This document shows, piece after piece, positions 1-7,686 of a stretch of DNA of 27,974 nt. The position numbers and the translations under genes were made by a program. The DNA lies in the IMG/VR virus record IMGVR_UViG_3300047561_001115, positions 1-27,974 of that record; one strand, 5' to 3'. This DNA comes from a virus. Its lineage: Duplodnaviria; Caudoviricetes. The first letter of the stretch is position 1. Every line of letters begins with the position of its first letter. The notes under the pieces were generated by a model. The model was not told where the DNA came from. It made no database searches and saw only the letters and a list, made by a program, of their open reading frames with translations.

Positions 1-2
1 CA

Positions 3-62
3 CTCCACGCTCCCGCTATATTCTTGGGAGTTATACTTAGAACAATGGCATTCACCGCGTGA
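3..62 (+). CDS. 3' end of an upstream gene (partial, ...LHAPAIFLGVILRTMAFTA*)
   Basis: Frame is open from the window edge to TGA at 60-62, which overlaps the GTG start of the next gene (GTGA coupling). Confidence 0.4.
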   Translation, partial: LHAPAIFLGVILRTMAFTA

Positions 63-646
63 CCCGAAAACTAGTCATCATCTCAGGTCCCGACCGCGTC
101 GGGAAGTCCACAGTCTGTTCGGAGTTGATCGAACAGCTCGGTGAGGAGAATTGTAGCATCATTCACCTTGCCGAACCGCCTCTCGATCAGGAAGACCCTT
201 ACGATGTCAATCGTGACATGATTCAGGAGTGGGTGGCAAGTGGGAAAGAGTGGTGTTTCTTCGATCGTTCGTATCCCTGCTCAATGGTGTTTGAAGAGCA
301 CCGTCGTGGTAATGCCGGTCACCTGAGTCACATTGTGGAACTCGAGATTGAACTAATTAGGTGCGCCGACACATTCAAAATCGGTCATGTTGTATTCAGC
401 CGTGAATGGAATTGGTCAGCCAAGCATCACCTTGCGGAAATTGACGAATGGTTTCCTAATGCCTCTGAGTGGGCGAAACGTGACAAGTACATCTCACGAA
501 TGAAGGAGCATCAGCTATACTATGAGCGTATCAAGGATTTTACACAGCATGTGACGGCCTTTCCGACATACTGGCATCACGCCACACCTTGGCCAGACAC
601 TGACGCTGACTTGATTATCAACGAAATGGAGAATCTGCTGAAATGA
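59..646 (+). CDS. P-loop deoxynucleotide monophosphate kinase (thymidylate-kinase-like), paralog 1
   Basis: N-terminal Walker A SGPDRVGKST and DRS motif (FFDRSY) typical of the TMPK/dNMP kinase family; stop overlaps the start of the TS-like gene (ATGA). Confidence 0.8.
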   Translation: MTRKLVIISGPDRVGKSTVCSELIEQLGEENCSIIHLAEPPLDQEDPYDVNRDMIQEWVASGKEWCFFDRSYPCSMVFEEHRRGNAGHLSHIVELEIELIRCADTFKIGHVVFSREWNWSAKHHLAEIDEWFPNASEWAKRDKYISRMKEHQLYYERIKDFTQHVTAFPTYWHHATPWPDTDADLIINEMENLLK

Positions 647-1521
647 GCCACAATCTAGTCTTCAATGATACAATCATCACCAGCAACAACTGGGATGAAA
701 TCTACGCCTCATATCTTCAGAAACTAAAGGAATTTGGTGAGGTGTTTGTAGGTCGAAATGGCGAGACGAAGTCAACTTTTGGTGCTTCTGTTCGTGTTGA
801 CCTTCAGACTGGTTTTCCGCTGACTCGTCTGCGCAAGATGCCGTTTAAGAATCTTATCCGCGAGTTCCTGTTCGATGTCGGACTGTCACAGAATGTAGAA
901 GCTCTTGGCCCTGCAAAGCACTTTTGGGACTTTCTCGCTGACGAGAATGGTGAGCTTGGCGCTTCAGCTTACAATCGCCAGTGGCGGCGGTGGCCAGCAT
1001 CCCGGTCAGGATCTGAAGTGCCAAATGAGAGTTTAGTGACCGTAGGGGCTGTAGATCAGCTTGACCGTGTGATGCATCTTCTCCGTGACACCCCAAATTC
1101 GCGTCACGGCACTGTCATCACCTCAAATCCCACTGCGATGAACGTGGCGTGCCCGCCGTGTCATCTCGCAATGCAATTCATGCCTAGTAGTGGGTATCTC
1201 GATCTGATGGTCCCGGCACGTTCGAATGACATGGTTGTTGGCTTCCCACTTGACATCGCCCGATATTCGATCATTCTAACTGTGATGTCACAGATGACCG
1301 GTTTCAAACCGCGTTTCGTGTACATGCCTTCGGCGAACTCCCACATCTACAAGAATTGCTATGATCTCGTAGACGAGTTGCTTGCTCGGTCATTTCAACC
1401 TGAGTGTCAGCTTCTTATCCGAGACGAGGCACCCTTCTCAAGCTGGGACGATGTTCAGCTCGACGATTTCGATCTTTTGAATTATGACCATCACCCGGCC
1501 CTCAAAGTGGAGGTTAACTGA
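643..1521 (+). CDS. Thymidylate synthase-superfamily (ThyA-like) enzyme, predicted dCMP methyl/hydroxymethyltransferase
   Basis: ThyA motifs present: DLQTGFPL, IREF, WDFLADENGELG, QWRRW, VDQL, PPCH (Cys173), RSND, HIY. The specificity residue 31 aa after the catalytic Cys is Asp204 (GFPLD) rather than the Asn of canonical ThyA (GLPFN). Confidence 0.9.
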   Translation: MSHNLVFNDTIITSNNWDEIYASYLQKLKEFGEVFVGRNGETKSTFGASVRVDLQTGFPLTRLRKMPFKNLIREFLFDVGLSQNVEALGPAKHFWDFLADENGELGASAYNRQWRRWPASRSGSEVPNESLVTVGAVDQLDRVMHLLRDTPNSRHGTVITSNPTAMNVACPPCHLAMQFMPSSGYLDLMVPARSNDMVVGFPLDIARYSIILTVMSQMTGFKPRFVYMPSANSHIYKNCYDLVDELLARSFQPECQLLIRDEAPFSSWDDVQLDDFDLLNYDHHPALKVEVN

Positions 1522-1652
1522 TGGCTGAAAACGAAGCGACCAAGCGCCCGACGGCGGCTGATATCTACGAGGAGGTGGCCAGACAAAGGCGCCGTGAGGA
1601 GGCCATCGCCAGGCGAAATGCCCAGCAGCCCAAGGCTCCAGACCGGCACTGA
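1521..1652 (+). CDS. Small charged hypothetical protein, 43 aa (MAENEATKRPTAADIYEEVARQRRREEAIARR...)
   Basis: ATG overlaps the TS stop (TGATG); GGAGG at 1509-1513 lies 7 nt upstream. Too short for the ORF track. Confidence 0.7.
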   Translation: MAENEATKRPTAADIYEEVARQRRREEAIARRNAQQPKAPDRH

Positions 1653-1688
1653 TCCGGGTTTCGTACACTTTTACTTTTTTCGCACTCG

Positions 1689-1730
1689 AGCCACCTGACG
1701 TGTTACTCAACGTACACGCAGGTGGTTTTT
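1689..1730 (+). terminator. Intrinsic terminator
   Basis: Stem CCACCTG-A-CGTGT...ACACG-CAGGTGG followed directly by TTTTT; lies between the nucleotide-metabolism genes and the first promoter cassette. Confidence 0.7.
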
Positions 1731-1747
1731 CACGTTATGGTGAGACC

Positions 1748-1824
1748 TGTGCCAATTTGCAAAGTGGCACAAGGCCCAGTGTTCAAGGGCTTGGTTTTAT
1801 GGGATAGTAGGACCATGAAAGAAA
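1748..1824 (+). promoter_or_regulatory. Repeated promoter cassette copy 1 (TGTGCCA-N10-TGGCACA, TGg-GATAGT, AGGACC-ATGAAAGAAA)
   Basis: Palindrome at 1748-1771; -10-like hexamer at 1803-1808 with TGn extension, 6 nt before ATG 1815. Confidence 0.75.
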
Positions 1825-2078
1825 ACACTTCCACAAAAGTCCAGTTCGATATCAATTGGGACGACTACGCCTCCCCTTGGGCCGCCCTCGTGGCCTTGTG
1901 GGAAGACTTCGGCTCGTCTGAAGAGATCCTCGCGGTCCGCCGTCTTCCTGACTCCATCATGTGGCCAATCTTCGAGGTTGAGTTCGAGACAGAAGAATAT
2001 GCTCGTGCTGTCATCGCGAAGTACCTTGACGTGCCAGATGGCAACGATGATGAGGTCACTGAGTACCTAAACGCTTAG
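1815..2078 (+). CDS. Acidic hypothetical protein, 87 aa (MKENTSTKVQF...)
   Basis: Start moved from 1722 to the cassette ATG at 1815, which is in frame; the longer ORF would run through the terminator tail and promoter. Confidence 0.75.
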   Translation: MKENTSTKVQFDINWDDYASPWAALVALWEDFGSSEEILAVRRLPDSIMWPIFEVEFETEEYARAVIAKYLDVPDGNDDEVTEYLNA

Positions 2079-2080
2079 GC

Positions 2081-2149
2081 CTTGTGCCAGTCGAGAAAGT
2101 GGCACAAGCATTCGGCGTAATGGCCCAAACACGGTATTATAAGACCATG
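2081..2149 (+). promoter_or_regulatory. Repeated promoter cassette copy 2 (CTTGTGCCA-N10-TGGCACAAG, TATTAT, AAGACC-ATG)
   Basis: Palindrome at 2081-2108; TATTAT at 2135-2140; ATG at 2147. Confidence 0.8.
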
Positions 2150-2590
2150 AACAGCCAAACCACTATGGAAACCACAACCACAACCAAATACTATGTCGGT
2201 GATCTCTGCTACGTAATGGGCGAAGCTTGGACCGAAGTGTGCAGTATTACTGATCTTGACAATGATGAGTGGGAATACGAACTAGAAGATGGACGCAAAT
2301 TCATCTTGTTCAGCACTGCCTATGGCGATGGTCAGTATAATGATCAAAACGGGAATCCTTATTCCGTTGACTCTGGTACAATTGGTGCCATTAAAGTTGA
2401 TGATATTCTTGATCTCAAAGGCTTAGCACGAGCTAAAGAAATGGGCTTAGGCCACATTCACGAGTTTCCTGCTGAGATTGAAGGTTACGATTGTTCCTAT
2501 GATGAAGGTGCTATCAGCATCTACTCCGTTTATATTGATACTGCTGGCAACGATGATTGTGACGAAGAGGAAGAAGAAAATGACGAATAA
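2147..2590 (+). CDS. Acidic phage hypothetical protein with YYVGDLCYV and YSVDSGTIG motifs, 147 aa
   Basis: In-frame ATG at the cassette position; globular-looking sequence with an acidic tail. Confidence 0.8.
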   Translation: MNSQTTMETTTTTKYYVGDLCYVMGEAWTEVCSITDLDNDEWEYELEDGRKFILFSTAYGDGQYNDQNGNPYSVDSGTIGAIKVDDILDLKGLARAKEMGLGHIHEFPAEIEGYDCSYDEGAISIYSVYIDTAGNDDCDEEEEENDE

Positions 2591-2711
2591 AATACCTAAC
2601 TGGGCCCACAACTCAGGCAAACAAAAGAAAACTCGCGGAACTTGCAAAGGCCAACTTCGCGCTCGTAGGCAATCTCTCCAGTCTCTCAAAAAACAACTGA
2701 ACGCAAAATGA
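2580..2711 (+). CDS. Small basic hypothetical protein, 43 aa (MTNKIPNWAHNSGKQKK...)
   Basis: ATG 2580 overlaps the previous gene end, with GAGGA upstream. The IPNWxHxS start recalls, from memory and unverified, small basic proteins of cyanomyoviruses. Confidence 0.65.
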   Translation: MTNKIPNWAHNSGKQKKTRGTCKGQLRARRQSLQSLKKQLNAK

Positions 2712-2863
2712 ACTCAATTCAAACTACTCGAATCTATCTTTTTGTCATTCTTCTCCTAGTGTTATTTAGCTCGATGAAGCATGACAAAACTGGCCCCAGC
2801 CCAGTCCAGTTTGGTAAAGACCCCAGGGCCACTTTGCAAACTGGCACAAGCCTCTCCCATTAG
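2708..2863 (+). CDS. Small putative membrane protein, 51 aa (MNSIQTTRIYLFVILLLVLFSS...)
   Basis: ATGA overlap with the previous stop; one hydrophobic segment; the 3' end runs into cassette copy 3. Confidence 0.5.
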   Translation: MNSIQTTRIYLFVILLLVLFSSMKHDKTGPSPVQFGKDPRATLQTGTSLSH

Positions 2864-2899
2864 GCCCTCAAAGGCAGTACTATAGGACCATGAAAGAAA
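2825..2899 (+). promoter_or_regulatory. Repeated promoter cassette copy 3
   Basis: AGGGCCA-CTTTGCAAAC-TGGCACA at 2825-2848; TACTAT at 2878-2883; AGGACC-ATGAAAGAAA; near-identical to copy 4. Confidence 0.85.
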
Positions 2900-3471
2900 T
2901 CCAACAAGCCTCAACCCTCTTCGACCGCTACATCTCCTGGCACTCGAAGCTCGCTCCCTCCCAAAGATTTGCTTTGGCCTATACCACACTTGGTGTAAGT
3001 GAGCTTGTGCCAAATGTCAAAGCCAGCCAAGTTAAAAAGATGGCAAAACGAGTTGGATTCGTGTCCCTAGGATGTGGTGCTCTCATTGTATGTGCCTCGG
3101 TCCCTTATGACATAGACCAAGCACAGGCCCCTGCTAAGGTCGCTTCTTCTCCTGTGGTCGCTTCTGCTCCTGTTTACACTCGTTGGAACAATCCCAATGT
3201 GAAGCCCTTTAACGAAAGTCCGTTCTTCTCTGGTGGCTTCAATGAGACCGTTTATTGGGACGCTGAAACTCAGCAGTGGTACTGTAGCGTCACCAAGCAC
3301 AGCGCAACTCCATGCAAAAAAGCTGAAGGAAAAACCACAGACCAACTCGCAGAAGACACTGCAAAAGCGGAAACTTATCGCGCTCAACGTAAAGCCGAAG
3401 AGGATGCGAAGAATGACTACTGGTGTGGTCCCCTCGAAGATTCTAAGAAGACCGGCTGCCGCTCACTATAG
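2890..3471 (+). CDS. Hypothetical protein with an internal hydrophobic segment and Cys-containing C-terminal domain
   Basis: 193-aa ORF starting at the cassette ATG; KKMAKR followed by the hydrophobic stretch VGFVSLGCGALIVCASV. Confidence 0.8.
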   Translation: MKEIQQASTLFDRYISWHSKLAPSQRFALAYTTLGVSELVPNVKASQVKKMAKRVGFVSLGCGALIVCASVPYDIDQAQAPAKVASSPVVASAPVYTRWNNPNVKPFNESPFFSGGFNETVYWDAETQQWYCSVTKHSATPCKKAEGKTTDQLAEDTAKAETYRAQRKAEEDAKNDYWCGPLEDSKKTGCRSL

Positions 3472-3543
3472 GCCACTTCGCAAACTGGCACAAGCGCCTC
3501 CCATTTGGCTCTCAAAGGCAGTACTATAGGACCATGAAAGAAA
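3469..3543 (+). promoter_or_regulatory. Repeated promoter cassette copy 4
   Basis: TAGGCCA-CTTCGCAAAC-TGGCACA at 3469-3492; TACTAT at 3522-3527; AGGACC-ATGAAAGAAA. Confidence 0.85.
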
Positions 3544-3701
3544 CCCAACCCCTCGATCTCGACAAGATCTCCCAGAAAAAGCTCGAAGCCCTCTACGGTG
3601 GCGGCTATGTCGTTCGCAAGTTCGGCGCAGTGTGGGGCATGACGCGCAAAGAATACTGGTGCCTCTCCGCCATGGGCGAAAACGTTTGGCACCTCATTTG
3701 A
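3534..3701 (+). CDS. Hypothetical protein, 55 aa (MKETQPLDLDKISQKKLEALYGGGY...)
   Basis: Starts at the cassette ATG and ends at TGA 3699-3701; absent from the ORF track because of its length. Confidence 0.75.
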   Translation: MKETQPLDLDKISQKKLEALYGGGYVVRKFGAVWGMTRKEYWCLSAMGENVWHLI

Positions 3702-3709
3702 AAACCACA

Positions 3710-3922
3710 ATGAACTCACAAATCAAACAAATCATCCTCGACGTCGCTGTTGAGAAGATTAACGAACTTGTTCTCGAGGAGTTTATGGATGGCGTTCATG
3801 ATGCTGTCACCGACTCGATGGTTGAGACTCTTGGTGACATGGTCGATTTTAGCAAGGAAGAAACATTTGACATAATGATGGAACTTTGTGGTAGGATTGC
3901 TATAGTTGCCTTACCTGAGTAA
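3710..3922 (+). CDS. Acidic hypothetical protein, 70 aa (MNSQIKQIILD...)
   Basis: In-frame ATG of ORF 3632..3922, 8 nt after the previous stop. Confidence 0.7.
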   Translation: MNSQIKQIILDVAVEKINELVLEEFMDGVHDAVTDSMVETLGDMVDFSKEETFDIMMELCGRIAIVALPE

Positions 3923-3926
3923 ACGC

Positions 3927-5936
3927 ATGCCTGAACCCACTGTGAAAGACAATATTGTCCCCATCAATCTGGTGGACCAGATGAAGGAGGACTACGGCTC
4001 CTATTCGATGGCCGTGCTTCTTGGACGCGCTATTCCCGATCTTTATGATGGTCTAAAACCGGCGGCTCGTCGCATCCTTCAGACGATGATTGAGGAGGGC
4101 CTGCTCCCCGACAAGAAGTTCGTGAAGTGCGCTCGTGTCACGGGTTTGACACTCGCTTACTATCATCCGCAGGGAAGTTGCTACGGCACCCTCGTAAACA
4201 TGTCAACGGCATGGAATAATAATGTGCCGTGGGTGAATGGTCACGGAAATTTTGGAAGTTCAGTCGACGGACCGGCGGCTGAAAGGTACACGGAGGCGAA
4301 ACTTCGTCCAGCTGCTGTCGACCTTCTTCTCCAAGATCGTGCGACGTGGGAGACTCGCCCAAACTATGACGGTTCGCGCCAGGAAGCTGTCCGCTTCAAC
4401 ACCGCTGTGCCGTCCATTCTCCTGAATGGCGATGCTGGGATTGCTGTAGGCTTTGCAACCACCCTCGCTCCTCACAATCTCCGCGATGTGGTGAAAGCCA
4501 CCTCATTGATGGCGAAAAAGAACATCAAAAAAGCTCGGGAACTCCTGCTCCCAGATTTTCCCACAGGATGTGACATTGTCCAAGATGAACAGCTTCTTAA
4601 TTACACTCAGACTGGCTCAGGTAGTATCCGCTGCCGTGCACGCTACGAAATCTCTACGCAAAAGCGGGAAGGTAGGGCGAAGGACAGAGGAGTGGTTACG
4701 TTTACAAACTTACCGCCTCGGATCAATCCTGAAAAACTTGGCGCACAGATCAAAGATGCGCTCGAGAAAGGCCGCATCGACGGAATCGCAGAAGTTAACG
4801 ATCTCTCTGATCTCACAGGAGACCGCGTCAGTGTTGTTGCGAAGCCCGGTATGGACGCTGAACAGTTGGCTCAGCAACTCTTCGCAACCACCGATCTTGA
4901 CTCTCGATATCCAGCAAAAACGTTGGTTATTGACGGTACAAGACCGATCGAGCTCAGCCCGACTGACATTTGTCAGAGATGGTTCGAGTGGCGACTGGGT
5001 CGTCTGGAAATCAAGTTCACACACGAACTCGGTCTGAAAGAAGGACGTCTCGAAATCGTTCGTGGTTTTCTCAAAGCGATCGACAAAATCGATGAGGTCA
5101 TCAAAATCATTCGCGGTTCAGCTTCAGCGAAGGAGGCGCTGACTGCCCTCGTCACCAATCGCACGCTTAAATTCACCGGTGATCAAGCGCGAGCCATCCT
5201 CGAGATGAAGCTTCGCCAACTCACTGGTCTCGACCGTGATGAGTTGTTGGACGAGGAACAAGTTCTCATCAATGAGGTTGCCGAATTGACGACTCTTGTC
5301 AAGGACAAGAATGCCCGTACTGAGTGGGCTCTTAAGTTAGCCGATGAGTTGGCCACACGACACGGGGAGAAGCGCCGGTCAGCGCTCATCGAGTCTCCTG
5401 CTGGTTTTACGAAGGTGACCACGCCTGGAGGTGCACGGCGCAACCAGACGCCTCGGGCAGCGAAGCCTAGATTCATGCTGGTTGATAGCAAGAAAGGCAC
5501 TGTGACTCAGGCCAAAGGCCCTAGAGGGGCTTTAGTTCTCGATCAGAAAGACAAGGTCGTATTCTTTACAGATGACGGCTTCCTTCGTAAAGTTCCCGCA
5601 AACTTCAAAGGTCCCATCGCCGACACTTACGCTACTATCTCCCTCTCAAAACGCGAGGCTGATGTAGCTCAACGAAAGTTCCTCTGCGTGTTCAAACTCG
5701 GTGACGTCTTGAAGGCTATCGTGTTCGAAGGTGAGTCACTGTGTAAGGTGACGAGCAAAGGCAAGTCAGCGCTCCCAGAAGGTGCTCAGGTTATTCACTT
5801 CTCCGAGTCGCCATACACCGTTACCTTCGCCTCGAAGCGCAAAAAGCCGATCGAGCTCACGCTTACCTCGGTCAAGACCGGCAGACCAGGCGGGGTCGGG
5901 ACCAAAGTCGCAAATTTGTGCGATCTCGCCGAATGA
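3927..5936 (+). CDS. gyrA: Type IIA topoisomerase subunit A (GyrA/ParC-like)
   Basis: YSMAVLLGRAIPDLYDGLKP, YHPQG, GHGNFGS, catalytic AAERYTE, NYDG, GIAVGFAT, PHNL, PDFPTG, QARAILEMKLRQLTGL. GyrA versus ParC cannot be settled by eye. The start is probably ATG 3927. Confidence 0.93.
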   Translation: MPEPTVKDNIVPINLVDQMKEDYGSYSMAVLLGRAIPDLYDGLKPAARRILQTMIEEGLLPDKKFVKCARVTGLTLAYYHPQGSCYGTLVNMSTAWNNNVPWVNGHGNFGSSVDGPAAERYTEAKLRPAAVDLLLQDRATWETRPNYDGSRQEAVRFNTAVPSILLNGDAGIAVGFATTLAPHNLRDVVKATSLMAKKNIKKARELLLPDFPTGCDIVQDEQLLNYTQTGSGSIRCRARYEISTQKREGRAKDRGVVTFTNLPPRINPEKLGAQIKDALEKGRIDGIAEVNDLSDLTGDRVSVVAKPGMDAEQLAQQLFATTDLDSRYPAKTLVIDGTRPIELSPTDICQRWFEWRLGRLEIKFTHELGLKEGRLEIVRGFLKAIDKIDEVIKIIRGSASAKEALTALVTNRTLKFTGDQARAILEMKLRQLTGLDRDELLDEEQVLINEVAELTTLVKDKNARTEWALKLADELATRHGEKRRSALIESPAGFTKVTTPGGARRNQTPRAAKPRFMLVDSKKGTVTQAKGPRGALVLDQKDKVVFFTDDGFLRKVPANFKGPIADTYATISLSKREADVAQRKFLCVFKLGDVLKAIVFEGESLCKVTSKGKSALPEGAQVIHFSESPYTVTFASKRKKPIELTLTSVKTGRPGGVGTKVANLCDLAE

Positions 5937-6035
5937 CGATGGTTCCATCGCCCTCGCAATCCCAATGTGACCCCATGCTAAATCGACTCTCTGGGCGGGG
6001 TAGAATCCGCCCAAGGGTGTTCTTCACCCAAAACG

Positions 6036-6054
6036 GCTATACTGTGAGTGGAGG
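6036..6054 (+). promoter_or_regulatory. Putative -10 element (GCTATACTGT) and GGAGG ribosome binding site
   Basis: TATACT at 6038-6043; the same 10-mer occurs upstream of the polymerase at 11061-11070. Confidence 0.5.
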
Positions 6055-6064
6055 CCGAGACTAA

Positions 6065-6613
6065 GTGCAGGAACTAATTTACCCCGTCGACCGCTTATTG
6101 GCGAACCCAAAAATTTTTTTCGCTATTGCGAAGAAATTAGATGGGCCTGACGCAGAAACACTCAAGGATCTCTTCTACGATCTCATTGAATCCGATATAA
6201 ACGACGCTGGAAATGTTGACGAGATCGAATTCACCGCTGATGAGATATGTTTTCGAAACTCTCCAGACGAGCCCGATGTCATTCAAGTAATCCTCGACAC
6301 AGGCACCGCCGCAGAACTTCGCCCACATGGGGAGTATGTGGCTGGCATCTCAAGTAAGGATGAACTCGACATCACGTCGACCATTTACAAACGACTTGTA
6401 GAGGCCATTATCGAGAGCCGACCTGAATTCGCCGGAGATGTGGTTCTCTGCGACCCACCGATGCCCTCGAATCAATATCTTCGCAGCGACGATGGCGAAA
6501 GCTTTAATGGTGAGTTCCATCTTCTCTCCGATCCAGAAAAAACTTATGGATTCTCGGTTGAGGTGATCGATATCCCAAATGATATACTAAAAGCAACAGT
6601 GTTTCTAAACTGA
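6065..6613 (+). CDS. Acidic hypothetical protein
   Basis: 182-aa ORF with GTG start, GGAGG upstream, and coupling to the next gene. Confidence 0.8.
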   Translation: MQELIYPVDRLLANPKIFFAIAKKLDGPDAETLKDLFYDLIESDINDAGNVDEIEFTADEICFRNSPDEPDVIQVILDTGTAAELRPHGEYVAGISSKDELDITSTIYKRLVEAIIESRPEFAGDVVLCDPPMPSNQYLRSDDGESFNGEFHLLSDPEKTYGFSVEVIDIPNDILKATVFLN

Positions 6614-7434
6614 TGGCGAGTAAGGACTTCTTAAACTACAAAATCTCCTCCCTCCGAAATGAGGTCCCACGTGTTAAAAAGAAACTGTCTGCGGCCAAAC
6701 AAGCAGTGGAGGCCTTAGACACGGAGGTCGACGCTCTTAGCCTGAAGGTTGAGAACGTCGCTTCTGTTGTGGAGGCATTTGAAGCGGGCCTTACCAAGAA
6801 ATACGAGCGAGTGATCGCCAAACTTCAAGATAAAGTAGAAGCTCTCGAGAAGCAACTCTCGAAAGGCGGAGTGAGTGTGACAAACGAGACGGTGATCTTG
6901 AAGGTGACTACAATCGCCATCTTCGACGCCATTCTCAGCGCGATCACTTCGTGGTCAGTCCACGGTGACCAGGCATCAGACGTGGAGGCGGCCTCGCAGA
7001 CGGTGATCTTCCCGTGTGTGTATGAGCGTGTGATGAGCGGTGACGATCCCGCTTACCTCCTCGATGAAGTCCCCACCTCCGCTGAGCTGGTGGTTCAACG
7101 TGGTCGGGAATTTGTGAAGTGGATTCGTAGCGAGTGCGAAACGCATATCACTAGCGGTCCGGCATGGGAGAATTATGCTCCGAGGATTCAAGAGTGGTGG
7201 TTAAATGATGGTTTGCCGCTATTGTATGGAGAAGCTGATCCAGACTGGGAGGAAGATACACTTTTCACCCTTGAACAGATCGAGGTGTGGCGTAACAATC
7301 CAGTGGATAGAATGATGGCGTTCCCCAAGATTCACGATGCTATGGACTTGCTTCAGAAGTATCGATCTGAGGTGAACTCCCGCATAAATATCCAAGAATT
7401 CAATCGCAATGCAGCGGCCACTCGTCTCTCATAA
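6613..7434 (+). CDS. Hypothetical protein with N-terminal coiled coil
   Basis: 273-aa ORF, heptad-like pattern in about residues 10-85, TGATG overlap with the previous gene. Confidence 0.85.
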   Translation: MASKDFLNYKISSLRNEVPRVKKKLSAAKQAVEALDTEVDALSLKVENVASVVEAFEAGLTKKYERVIAKLQDKVEALEKQLSKGGVSVTNETVILKVTTIAIFDAILSAITSWSVHGDQASDVEAASQTVIFPCVYERVMSGDDPAYLLDEVPTSAELVVQRGREFVKWIRSECETHITSGPAWENYAPRIQEWWLNDGLPLLYGEADPDWEEDTLFTLEQIEVWRNNPVDRMMAFPKIHDAMDLLQKYRSEVNSRINIQEFNRNAAATRLS

Positions 7435-7437
7435 ACC

Positions 7438-7686
7438 ATGACACCAAAAACCGCCTACAAGAAAATTGGCCCCGACCTCGTTCAGGCCGTAGCAAACACC
7501 TACCAGAAATGGTTGGAATCTCCCACCCCAGCGAACAAGAAACTGTACCTCACCTGGCGGCTCCGTATTCATCTTCGTTGTAACACATTTCTCCGCAAAG
7601 ATCTAGAAGTCGCGAACGAACATTTTCAACTCGGGCTCAATGACAAAGAGGCTGGTGGACTAATGTGGGATTTTGAGGAGGGGTAA
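7438..7686 (+). CDS. Hypothetical protein
   Basis: 82-aa ORF tightly packed between its neighbours. Confidence 0.7.
   Translation: MTPKTAYKKIGPDLVQAVANTYQKWLESPTPANKKLYLTWRLRIHLRCNTFLRKDLEVANEHFQLGLNDKEAGGLMWDFEEG

Noticed and set aside
1722-1814. Longer N-termini in the ORF track (1722, 2084, 3632, 3906, 16971)
   Set aside because: They run through terminator, promoter or structured regions, or overlap better genes; downstream ATGs fit the repeats and family N-termini.
1765-2116. Sigma54 promoter (TGGCAC), or NtcA/CRP site
   Set aside because: No TTGC at the -12 position after TGGCAC; half-sites and spacing do not match GTA-N8-TAC or TGTGA-N6-TCACA.
1748-3543. CRISPR array or integron attC sites as an explanation for the repeats
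   Set aside because: Units are separated by whole genes at irregular spacing, include a -10 box and ATG, and lack the attC RYYYAAC/GTTRRRY ends; no cas or integrase gene is present in the window.
3867-3906. TTGACA...TATAGT promoter for the topoisomerase gene
   Set aside because: The spacing is 28 nt; only an extended -10 (TGCTATAGT) remains possible.
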